DNA from: Patescibacteria group bacterium
GTDB taxonomy: Bacteria; Patescibacteriota; Patescibacteriia; JAQUQO01
Direction of reading: 5' to 3'
Length of the DNA stretch: 64,000 bases
NCBI GenBank assembly: GCA_028716045.1
Contig: JAQUQO010000001.1
Span: forward strand, 942-64,941
The stretch's first letter is position 1; every line of letters starts with the position of its first letter. Both the position numbers and the translations under genes were made by a program. The notes below the pieces were generated by a model that did no database searches, was not told the DNA's origin, and saw only the letters and a program-made list of their open reading frames with translations. Shown here one piece after another: positions 17,120 to 26,305 of this stretch.

Positions 17120-20100
17120 ATGTGGAGGGTGAAAAAGGTATTCACCGCCTTTGTTTGGTTTCTGGCCATTACTTTTTTTATTGGAATAGCGGCGGCCAAG
17201 GCGGGAAGTTTGACTCCTTCGGCGGCTCCGGGCTCTACTATGCGGAGCTTGTCGGAGATTTTTAACACTTTGGCCGGTACTTATGATTCTTCTGCCCAGA
17301 TAGCCGATATTGACGGAAACGTTTCACAGCAGTTGAAATACATTGCTGGTTTAAGTTTGCAAAATATTTACACCAACTCTTCCGCCGCCACTATTACCAC
17401 CACGGATAACAAAACGATTACTTTTAGTTTAGCGGATACGGCGACGGACTCAAACTTATTAGTCAACATTTTGGGTGGCAATAAATTTGAGGTGCAGAAT
17501 AATGGCACGGCCGTTTTTACCGTTAACTCGGACAGCGTTGATATTTTAAGCGCCGCCGCGCCCACTGTTGATGCTGCCGGAGAAATAGCGATTGACTCAA
17601 CCATTGCCAACCAGCAGGGCACCTTGGTATTCCATAATGGCACAGCAGAACAATACACGGTGGCTTTGGCTGCCGCAGATTTGCCGACAACAGACGATTA
17701 TGTTTTGGCCTACGATGCCGATAATGATAAATATTATTTTAAGGCCGTGAGTTCGGCTTCTTCCGCTTATGATGATATTGGCGATCCGGATGCCGATTCC
17801 ACCATTGCTTTTGCCGGATATACCAATACTTGGACATCAACTTTGGATACGGGAACAATTTCCACCATTTCCAATACTGATAGTAACGATTTTTCTGGCG
17901 CTACTTCTATTTTAGATTTAAAACTTTCCAATGACGGCGATGCTAATGGTTATTTTCTGCGCGGTTATGACAACAGTGGAAATGATTTGAAATTTTCCAT
18001 TGGCTCTAATGGCGCCGTTGTTTTTGGTTCAGCCAGTGTTTCCAGCTTAAATGTTAATAACGGCGGTATTACCAACGGAGGAAATATTGACGCTACCGCT
18101 GGCCTTGATGTGTCTGGCGGTGCTTTTAGTTTTACGGGCACGGCCGGCTCTTGGACAATTGCCGCGGCCAATTCAGCTCTCACCCAAACCGGTACCGGCA
18201 CAGTGATTTTCACCGGCAATGTTGATGCTGGTTTAGGATTAGATGTTACGGGTGCTATTACTGGCACTACTTCCTTGGATGTTGACGGTTCGGTTAATTT
18301 AGCCGATACCACCGCCGGCTCTGATGTTACCATCGGCAATGCCACCGGCAATATAGCTTTGACTTCAGACAATTTTGACACTACTCTCACTGATGCCATC
18401 GATGATGTTTTTCAGATTAAAAATGCTACCGGCGGCACAGTATATTTTGATATTGACCTTGGGGCGGCTGACGCCGTCACCCTTGGTAATGCTGCGGCTA
18501 CCCTTACTCTTGCGGGTTCCACTATCACCGCTGACAATCTAACTGTTACTAATGACATTGCCCTCACTTCCGGCGGCTCTATTGCCACCACTGCCAACGG
18601 CAACCTTACTTTACTACCAAATGGTTCAGGTATCACCATTGTGGGCGATGCCGGTGCCACCTCGCATACTTTAAATACTAACGACGATTTGTTTATCGCT
18701 GGCAGATTAGAGGTTGATGGCGCCGCCTATTTTGACAGCACCATAACTATTGCCCCTTTATCCGCTAATGCCCAAAAAGGGATAACTTTAACTGTTTCCG
18801 CTGATACGGATGGAGATATTGTGTATGGAACGTATAGCACGGTAAACACCGGCACCGGCACTCTGGCGGCAGATGGTAGATTTGCGTATGGCGTTTATAA
18901 TTCCGTTGAGGCCAGTACGGACACTGATGTCGGCGAGAACTATCAAGCGGTAGCCGTTGGGGTTAGAAACGACCTTACTGTTACCGGAGAGATGGGCGTT
19001 TCCACTGGCGTTTATAATTACGCCGATGCTAATTTGGAGGATTACGGCGAGATTGAAGGCGTTTGGAACTATTTATCACCAACCACCATTATCACGCCTA
19101 ACGGAGGAAATTTAACCGGAGTTGGCAACGCCATTTACGCCAATAATTTAACCGCGGGGAATACTTTAACAATCTATGGGGTCAGGAATGATATTTTGAC
19201 GACCTCCGCCGGCGGCACTATTACAGCTTATGGCGTTGATTCCAATATGAGAACCAAGGCCGGTGATACTGGCTATCATATTTCCATCGGCAATGGCTGG
19301 GGGGCTTCCACCGGCGGCACGCAGTACGGTTTTTATTCCAATGTCAGCGATACTGATATAACCTATTACCCAATTTATGAAGCCACTAATAAGGGCTATA
19401 ACATTTTATATTCCAATACTCGCATTGGCGGCACTACGGACCCGACTAATGCTTTGTCGGTTACTGGTATGGTTGATTTTTCTAGTGCCCTTGCTTTGGG
19501 TAGTGACCTCACTATTTACGAAGCCACTAACGACGGCAGTCCGGAAATCCGTCTTGGTTCTGCCGACGCCGAAGAATTGCATATCCAAGCAAATTATACC
19601 GGCGGAGCTCAAACTCTTGCCAGCGTCACCTTTACCACTGACACAGCCCTCGCTGGCGCGGATTCGGGTAAATACATCTTTAACGTAGATGGTGCGGATA
19701 TTCTCACGATTGATGATGGGGGGATTGATGTTGTAAACTCCATAACCGCGAGAGATGAGACCTTAACTTATGATGCCCTAGGCGCGACTTATCCTTCTAC
19801 TGCTGGATTGGTGTTACAAAATACAACCGCAGCCACAAATGTCGCTGCACAATATTCACCCGCTTTGGAGTTTATAACTCAAGCGTGGAGTGGTACGGCA
19901 ACGCAAACAGATAATTGGAGAATTTTTGCAGCCCCTATATACCCTGGTGCTCACCGTAACGATTTACAAATTTATTCTAAAGAAGGGGCAGGCGCCTGGA
20001 CTCGAAGGGCGTTTTGGATGGAGGATGGTAGTCTTGTTTTGGGAAGTAACTCAGCTTTGCAATTAAACCCTGTCCAAACAACTTTTGGGGTAACGTATAC

Positions 20101-23100
20101 CCCGACAGTCTTAGGAATTTTAACAAACCGCCCCTTAGCTTTGACGAGTAACTATACAGATGGAGCGGGTGTTTCCGCTGTTGCCATCGGAAGCTCTTCC
20201 TCTTACAGCGCCGGGAAGTTAGCGTCATTTATGAATAACACAACAGAAAAGGCATATTTTCTTTATAATGGTTCTTTGACGATTTATGACGCTTCTAATG
20301 ATGGCAGTCCAACTATTAAACTTGGCGCGGCTGATGCTGAAGAGCTAACTATCCAGTCCGTCTATGACTCCGGCGCCCAGACTTTGGATTACGTCAAATT
20401 CACCACTGATGTTGCTTCCGGCACGGCAGACAAAGGCAAGTTCGTTTTCAATGTTGATGGCACGGATATTTTAACCGTTAATGATGGGGGGATAGAGGTG
20501 TCAGGAACTGTTAGCGGTGTGGCAGATCAGTCGTTGGATGTGCGGAGCGGAGAAGCAACCGGAGATACTAACGGGACAACTCTTACGTTAGCCGCTGGTG
20601 ATGGTGGAGCAGCTACCACGGGCGGAGTTGGTGGCGATTTGGTTATCTACGGGGGAAATGGCGGGGAGGGGGCAGAAGATAATGCCGGCGGGAAGGTTTA
20701 TTTGTTTGGCGGAAACAGCGCGAATGCTGGCGCCGATGGATGGGTAAGTATTGGAAACGTAAATCCAACTCAAACATTGGGTACGGATTCGCTTATGATT
20801 GGGGATGTTCTTGAGGTTGCTGGCGCTGCTTATTTTGACAGCACCGTCACCTTAGCCGGCACTCTTGGTCTATCTAGCGACTTAACTATTTACGAAGCCA
20901 CTAACGACGGCAGTCCGGAAATCCGTCTTGGTTCTGCCGACGCCGAAGAACTGCACATCCAATCCGTCTACGATGGCAGTGCGCAAACTTTAAACTATGT
21001 TCTCTTCCAGACCGATGTGGCTTCCGGCACGGCAGACAAAGGCAAGTTTGTGTTTAATGTTGATGGCAGTGAAATTCTTAATATCAGAGATAGTGGAGCT
21101 CTTATTTATGGTAGCGCGGCGGTGGGTGACGGCGCTTATTACGCTCCGTCTATGACTTTTTCCAGCGATGCCGACACTGGTTTTTATTTGGGAGGTAGCG
21201 GCCAAATCTATGTTACAACAAATTCTGCTCTGACTGCCGCATTTACGACCACTGCTTTCATGGCTAATAACTTAACCACTATCGGCGCTTCCGCAATGAC
21301 TATTGTGGCTAGTGCTAGTGATAATGCCGCCGCTATTGCAGTAAAAATTGGTAACTCCAATCCTCTTTCCACTTCCGGAGCTAAAATTATTTCTTTCTAT
21401 AGCGATAACCTCTCCACCGAAAAGGCCTACATAGACAAAGACGGTTTACTTGGTTTGGATGGTGGCATTACTATGGCCGGTGATATTACCGATTACGAAG
21501 CGACTAGCGACGGTTCACCCGAAATCCGTCTGGGCTCGGCCGATGCTGAAGAGCTCCATATCCAAGCGAACTACACGGGTGGGGCGCAAACCCTTGCCAG
21601 CGTAACTTTTACCACTGACACAGCCCTCGCGGGAGCGGATTCAGGTAAATACATCTTTAACGTTGACGGCACGGATATTTTGACCATTGATGATGGGGGA
21701 TTGGAATTAACTGGTAATATTACTTTGAATTCAAGAGGAACTATCTCAGATGACGGCACTACCTTCACTATCCTTCCCACCACCGGAGATTATGTAAGGA
21801 TCGGCGACGCAGGAACGACTAGCCAATCCTTGGCTGCTAATGATGATTTATTGATTAGCGGTAAATTGGAGGTTAATGGTATAACTTATTTTGATGCTGG
21901 AGCTTATTTTTCAAATAGTTTAGGTGTGATGGACGGCCAGACCCTAAATATGGGAACTATAGCAGGCACTGGTGCTGGTTTTTATGTGGATACAACACAA
22001 GACCAGTTGATTTTTTGGACTGGCACGGCATTAGGAAATTCCCTTATTATTACGGGGGGCAACACAAATAGAACAAAAGACCACGATTTAGTCGATCAGA
22101 CAAATCCGACTTTGGCTATCTTTTCGGCCACTTCTCCGGATACAAGCAACAACGAGTATGGCTTATTAGCACATAACCAAGCTAACTTTGTTCTCTCAAC
22201 AGGCGCTAATGTCGGAACTGGAACTGGACCAACTACAATCAATAACGGTTTTCTTGTCGCTCTTGGCGACCTCACCGCGGCTGCGGCGGGGAACTATGGC
22301 GTGTCTATCACAAGAACATTAAGCGATGCGGCTTCGGCAGGTGGCGAGACCTATACCCACATCTTAGCTAATTTGACAGAGACAGATAAAACCGGCTGGC
22401 CGACTGTTAGTTTGCTGGACTTGCAGGTGGGTGGAACAAGTAAATTCTTAGTATCAGATACTGGTGATTTAACGATTTATGACGCCTCCAATGACGGCAA
22501 TCCTTTAATTACTTTAGGAGCGGCAACAGCCGAAAAATTAACCATTAAAACTGTCTATGACGCTGGCGTGCAGACCTTGGATTATGTGGAGTTTGTTACT
22601 GCCGCTGCCAGTGGCACGGCCGACAAAGGTAAATATATCTTTGATGTAGATGGCACGGATATTTTGACGATTGATGACGGGGGATTGGAATTAACTGGTA
22701 GCGTTAATGCGACTGCCGGATTTACCGATGGGACAATGACGATTGATGGTTCGGGCGCTATTACTGGTGTTACCTCTTTGGCGATGGGCGGGGCGTTGTC
22801 TGGTGTTACCACCCTCGGAATGTCCGGCGATTTAACAATGTCGGGTAATACAGTTAATATCACTCATTCCGGCACGACTTCTCTTACCATTGCTTCCACA
22901 AGCGGAACAGTTGCCATAGAAAGCGTGGTGTTCACTGGTGGAGCTATCAGCTCGGCTACAAGTATTGCTATGGGTGGCACCCTTACCGGCCTCACCACTG
23001 CCATCACTGGCACTAAAAATAACGCTTTGGCAATCAGCGTTCCGACGCAGGGGACAGACGATGCGAACGGTGTAGGCATATCAATCGTTGCGGATGATGC

Positions 23101-25489
23101 CGGAAGCGGCGGGACAGGCAACCATAACGGCGGTATTTTGAAATTGAATGGCGGAGAAAAAGCTGGAACTGGTTATTATGGCTATACTATGGTCGGCGCA
23201 AGTGGAGCTGCTAGTTTTAACGGGGCTATTTATTATGATAATTCATTCTATGTCCAGGGGCGTAGTTATCTTGACGGTTTTACTGTTTTCAATAGCGGAT
23301 GGGCGGTTGGGGATAATGCTTATGTTATGGGTGGGACCGTGGTATCAACAAATTGGTATTCTCACGTTGATACAACGAACAACCAATTTACTTGGGGTGT
23401 AGGTAGCGGTCTGGGGAGACAATTTTTATTAGTTGACTCGCTTTATGGGGGCAGAGATTTTGATATTGCGGCACAAACAGATCCATTACTAGGTATTTTC
23501 TCCGGAATAGACCCCGATATATCAAATAATCAATATGGTGCGTTTTCACATAACCAAACGAATCTGGTTCTATCAACGGGAGCGAATGTCGGCACAGGGA
23601 CAGGGGCGACCACGATTAACAACGGGTTTCTTGTTGCTTTGGGTAGTCTTACTTCCGGCGCCGCCGGTAACTATGGAGTAAGTATCACCCGCACTCTTAG
23701 TGATGCGGCTTCGGCAGGTGGTGAAACCTATACCCATATCCTCGCCAATATAACCGAAACCAACAAAACCGGTTGGCCGACAGTTAGCTTGATGGACTTG
23801 CAGGTTGGCGGAACAAGCAAATTCTTGGTATCAGATACCGGCGATTTGACTATTTATGACGCTTCCAATGATGGCAGCCCAACTATTAAGCTTGGCGCGG
23901 CTGATGCTGAAGAATTAACCATTCAATCCGTTTATGATACCGGAGCTCAAACTTTGAACTATGTTCAATTCACCACTGACGCGGCTTCGGCCACGGCTGA
24001 CAAAGGTCAATTCAAGTTTAATGTGGATGGGACGGAGATTGCAAGGATTGATGACGGGGGATTGGAACTTGATAAGGACATTTTATTAAAAGAAAATGGG
24101 TCAAGTGTTAATAGTGGTATTTTATACATGCAGGCGGACGCTGCCGGAACTACACAAACCGCGCAAATTCAACTTATGCAGGGAGCTGACCCCTGGCTGC
24201 AATTTTATATCCCGATTGACGGTACCGGTAGTGCGGCGACAGTCCTTAAAATCAAGGACGACCGGATTATCCTTGGTACTGATGAATTAGCGACCGACGC
24301 CGTAATAGAGTTTTGGGGCAATAGTAATAGCGGCACGCTGACATATATGGAAGATGAAGACAGATTTGATTTTGCCGAAACAGTCAAGGCCGTCGGTTTG
24401 CAAAGTACTAATCAAGTTATTATCTACAACGGCACTGACCCTTCGGCTTCGGTGACTGACGCCATTATCCTTTACGCCGTTGATTATGATGACGGCGATG
24501 CGTCAGTCACTTCCGAATTATTTGTTCGTGACGAGGACGGCAATGAAACCAACCTTTCTCCGCATAATTTTTCGGCTATTCCGGAAGGCAAGAGCGAAGA
24601 AATGGCCTGGTCATTCTTTTCTAGAAAAGATGACAAAGAAATTAACGTGGATATGACCAAGGTGGTGAGAATTTTGGAAGAGTTGACCGGCGAACAGCTG
24701 ATTTACATCAAAGATTTAAATGAAAATAAATTATTAGATAAAGAATCGGACAAAGACAAATACGAAGTGCCGGATTATTTGGATGATTCCTTGGTGTTAG
24801 CTGACATAATTTCCAACGGTTTGAACAATGGCGAGGTGGTGACCAGCGATGGAGCGACGGCCTATTGGTCGCTTGACGACAAAGACAATTTAATTACCGC
24901 CAAAGCCTTTGGCGTGGAGTTTGAAACATCGGACGGCAAACGCGTGATGTTCTCTTTGCTTTCCGATAAAGCGGAATTAATGATTTCCGGCTCCTCCACT
25001 TTGACCAATGGCCAAAAGATTATACTCTTTGAAGAAGTTGACCCGACTTTTGCGGAGATAATTTCTCACAAGGTTCCTTTTAAAGTTATTTTAACTCCGA
25101 CCCAAAATACGCAGGGCTTGTATGTTTCGGAAAAAATGAAATCAACGGACGATAAATATATCGGTTTCACGGTCAGAGAGTTAAACGGCGGTAATTCCAA
25201 CATTGATTTTGATTGGATGGTGATGGCGGTGCGCGCTGGCTATGAGCCGGAAGAAGAAATCGTTGTTGAACCAGTTGCGCCATCTACAGAACCGACCGTG
25301 GAAAATCCGCCAATTGAAGACCCCGACCAAAGTGGAGGGGCAGATAATCCGCCCGCCGAGGAACCTCCGGCAGAAGAACCGGTAGTAGAGAATCCTCCAG
25401 TTGAAGAAGAGCCGGCCGCCGAAAACCCGCCAGAGGAAGAACCTCCGATTGTTGAGGAACCACCCGTGGAAGAACCCCCGGTAGAATAA
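17120..25489 (+). CDS. giant secreted repeat protein (2789 aa): signal peptide, conserved N-terminal module, Thr/Gly/Asn-rich beta-rich repeats including at least 6 copies of a roughly 75-aa unit, and an acidic Pro/Glu-rich C-terminal tail
   Basis: A single 8.4-kb ORF. The recurring unit is DLTIYEATNDGSPEIRLGSADAEELHIQANYTGGAQTLASVTFTTDTALAGADSGKYIFNVDGxDILTIDDGG. The C-terminus is (E/P/V)-rich, EEPPVEEPPVE. Confidence 0.85.
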   Translation: MWRVKKVFTAFVWFLAITFFIGIAAAKAGSLTPSAAPGSTMRSLSEIFNTLAGTYDSSAQIADIDGNVSQQLKYIAGLSLQNIYTNSSAATITTTDNKTITFSLADTATDSNLLVNILGGNKFEVQNNGTAVFTVNSDSVDILSAAAPTVDAAGEIAIDSTIANQQGTLVFHNGTAEQYTVALAAADLPTTDDYVLAYDADNDKYYFKAVSSASSAYDDIGDPDADSTIAFAGYTNTWTSTLDTGTISTISNTDSNDFSGATSILDLKLSNDGDANGYFLRGYDNSGNDLKFSIGSNGAVVFGSASVSSLNVNNGGITNGGNIDATAGLDVSGGAFSFTGTAGSWTIAAANSALTQTGTGTVIFTGNVDAGLGLDVTGAITGTTSLDVDGSVNLADTTAGSDVTIGNATGNIALTSDNFDTTLTDAIDDVFQIKNATGGTVYFDIDLGAADAVTLGNAAATLTLAGSTITADNLTVTNDIALTSGGSIATTANGNLTLLPNGSGITIVGDAGATSHTLNTNDDLFIAGRLEVDGAAYFDSTITIAPLSANAQKGITLTVSADTDGDIVYGTYSTVNTGTGTLAADGRFAYGVYNSVEASTDTDVGENYQAVAVGVRNDLTVTGEMGVSTGVYNYADANLEDYGEIEGVWNYLSPTTIITPNGGNLTGVGNAIYANNLTAGNTLTIYGVRNDILTTSAGGTITAYGVDSNMRTKAGDTGYHISIGNGWGASTGGTQYGFYSNVSDTDITYYPIYEATNKGYNILYSNTRIGGTTDPTNALSVTGMVDFSSALALGSDLTIYEATNDGSPEIRLGSADAEELHIQANYTGGAQTLASVTFTTDTALAGADSGKYIFNVDGADILTIDDGGIDVVNSITARDETLTYDALGATYPSTAGLVLQNTTAATNVAAQYSPALEFITQAWSGTATQTDNWRIFAAPIYPGAHRNDLQIYSKEGAGAWTRRAFWMEDGSLVLGSNSALQLNPVQTTFGVTYTPTVLGILTNRPLALTSNYTDGAGVSAVAIGSSSSYSAGKLASFMNNTTEKAYFLYNGSLTIYDASNDGSPTIKLGAADAEELTIQSVYDSGAQTLDYVKFTTDVASGTADKGKFVFNVDGTDILTVNDGGIEVSGTVSGVADQSLDVRSGEATGDTNGTTLTLAAGDGGAATTGGVGGDLVIYGGNGGEGAEDNAGGKVYLFGGNSANAGADGWVSIGNVNPTQTLGTDSLMIGDVLEVAGAAYFDSTVTLAGTLGLSSDLTIYEATNDGSPEIRLGSADAEELHIQSVYDGSAQTLNYVLFQTDVASGTADKGKFVFNVDGSEILNIRDSGALIYGSAAVGDGAYYAPSMTFSSDADTGFYLGGSGQIYVTTNSALTAAFTTTAFMANNLTTIGASAMTIVASASDNAAAIAVKIGNSNPLSTSGAKIISFYSDNLSTEKAYIDKDGLLGLDGGITMAGDITDYEATSDGSPEIRLGSADAEELHIQANYTGGAQTLASVTFTTDTALAGADSGKYIFNVDGTDILTIDDGGLELTGNITLNSRGTISDDGTTFTILPTTGDYVRIGDAGTTSQSLAANDDLLISGKLEVNGITYFDAGAYFSNSLGVMDGQTLNMGTIAGTGAGFYVDTTQDQLIFWTGTALGNSLIITGGNTNRTKDHDLVDQTNPTLAIFSATSPDTSNNEYGLLAHNQANFVLSTGANVGTGTGPTTINNGFLVALGDLTAAAAGNYGVSITRTLSDAASAGGETYTHILANLTETDKTGWPTVSLLDLQVGGTSKFLVSDTGDLTIYDASNDGNPLITLGAATAEKLTIKTVYDAGVQTLDYVEFVTAAASGTADKGKYIFDVDGTDILTIDDGGLELTGSVNATAGFTDGTMTIDGSGAITGVTSLAMGGALSGVTTLGMSGDLTMSGNTVNITHSGTTSLTIASTSGTVAIESVVFTGGAISSATSIAMGGTLTGLTTAITGTKNNALAISVPTQGTDDANGVGISIVADDAGSGGTGNHNGGILKLNGGEKAGTGYYGYTMVGASGAASFNGAIYYDNSFYVQGRSYLDGFTVFNSGWAVGDNAYVMGGTVVSTNWYSHVDTTNNQFTWGVGSGLGRQFLLVDSLYGGRDFDIAAQTDPLLGIFSGIDPDISNNQYGAFSHNQTNLVLSTGANVGTGTGATTINNGFLVALGSLTSGAAGNYGVSITRTLSDAASAGGETYTHILANITETNKTGWPTVSLMDLQVGGTSKFLVSDTGDLTIYDASNDGSPTIKLGAADAEELTIQSVYDTGAQTLNYVQFTTDAASATADKGQFKFNVDGTEIARIDDGGLELDKDILLKENGSSVNSGILYMQADAAGTTQTAQIQLMQGADPWLQFYIPIDGTGSAATVLKIKDDRIILGTDELATDAVIEFWGNSNSGTLTYMEDEDRFDFAETVKAVGLQSTNQVIIYNGTDPSASVTDAIILYAVDYDDGDASVTSELFVRDEDGNETNLSPHNFSAIPEGKSEEMAWSFFSRKDDKEINVDMTKVVRILEELTGEQLIYIKDLNENKLLDKESDKDKYEVPDYLDDSLVLADIISNGLNNGEVVTSDGATAYWSLDDKDNLITAKAFGVEFETSDGKRVMFSLLSDKAELMISGSSTLTNGQKIILFEEVDPTFAEIISHKVPFKVILTPTQNTQGLYVSEKMKSTDDKYIGFTVRELNGGNSNIDFDWMVMAVRAGYEPEEEIVVEPVAPSTEPTVENPPIEDPDQSGGADNPPAEEPPAEEPVVENPPVEEEPAAENPPEEEPPIVEEPPVEEPPVE

Positions 25490-25497
25490 CTTTTAAA

Positions 25498-25582
25498 TCA
25501 GATTCTTCCCCCGCCAAGGCGGGGTCAGAATGACACACTTATTGTCATCCTGAACGCAGTGAAGGATCTCTAATTCGAACCC
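25498..25582. repeat. left copy of a composite direct repeat: a tail block (tcagattcttcccccgccaaggcggggTCAGAATGACA) followed by a head block (TGTCATCCTGAacgcagtgaaggatctctaat)
   Basis: Directly repeated at 25871-25988. The 11-bp ends TCAGAATGACA / TGTCATCCTGA are inverted with respect to each other. Confidence 0.7.
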
Positions 25583-25911
25583 ATGTCCAAAAGATATTTT
25601 GTTTATATTATGACTAATAGAACAGATAAGGTCTTATACACGGGTATTACAAACAACATAATAGCGAGAGCGTATCAACATAAAAACAAGTTGATTAAAG
25701 GATTTACTGAAAAATATAATGTTGGCAAACTAGTTTATTGCGAAGACACAAATGATGTCGGAGCGGCCCTTGAAAGAGAAAAGGAAATAAAGGGTTGGTT
25801 GAGGAGAAAGAAAATCGCCCTGATAACACAAGCCAATCCTAAATGGGAAGATTTGTCGGAAAATATGTAGAATTCAGATTCTTCCCCCGCCAAGGCGGGG
25901 TCAGAATGACA
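25543..25911 (+). mobile_element. putative GIY-YIG mobile cassette: TIR head (25543-25553), GIY-YIG ORF, TIR tail (25901-25911)
   Basis: The ORF is bounded by inverted 11-mers TGTCATCCTGA...TCAGAATGACA. The flanking about 80 bp is duplicated, with the head block regenerated in front of the next gene at 25950-25988. Confidence 0.45.
25583..25870 (+). CDS. small GIY-YIG nuclease family protein (YhbQ/UPF0213-like, 95 aa)
   Basis: YFVYIMTNRTDKVLYTGITNNIIARAYQHK carries the GIY-YIG motifs. It is flanked by the direct repeats. Confidence 0.8.
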   Translation: MSKRYFVYIMTNRTDKVLYTGITNNIIARAYQHKNKLIKGFTEKYNVGKLVYCEDTNDVGAALEREKEIKGWLRRKKIALITQANPKWEDLSENM

Positions 25912-25988
25912 AAAAAATAAAAAGTTAGGATGACAATACAAAAACATGATGTCATCCTGAACGCAGTGAAGGATCTCTAATCAAACTT

Positions 25989-26258
25989 ATGTCCGAGAAA
26001 AACATCAAATTAAAATGTTTTAAAAGGATAGCGATTTATGTTTTCGCTTTCTTTTTGCTTTTAGGACTTTTTAAGGTTGTTGACTGGGTGCGGGCCGGCA
26101 GTTTGAACCCCACCGCCGCACCGGCTACTAGTATGAACAGTTTGGAGGATGTTTGGAATGTGGTGGTTGGTACTTATGATTCCAGCGCCGTTGACGCCAA
26201 TGCCAACGGGAGTATTTTAGAACAATTGAAAGATATAAAAGAGGGGCTGGGAATGTGA
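25989..26258 (+). CDS. small secreted protein (89 aa) whose N-terminal module is homologous to the N-terminus of the giant protein
   Basis: AGSLNPTAAPATSMNSLEDVWNVVVGTYDSSA...QLKDIKEGL compared with the giant-protein N-terminus AGSLTPSAAPGSTMRSLSEIFNTLAGTYDSSA...QLKYIAGL. Confidence 0.5.
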   Translation: MSEKNIKLKCFKRIAIYVFAFFLLLGLFKVVDWVRAGSLNPTAAPATSMNSLEDVWNVVVGTYDSSAVDANANGSILEQLKDIKEGLGM

Positions 26259-26305
26259 TGGTAAGAATATAGAATTGTCTCTTGGTTATTTTTTAACACG
26301 CAAAA

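Noticed and set aside
17120-25489. Diversity-generating retroelement (template/variable repeat) within the giant gene
   Set aside because: There is no reverse transcriptase in the window. Differences between repeat copies are synonymous at all base types rather than adenine-specific non-synonymous changes.
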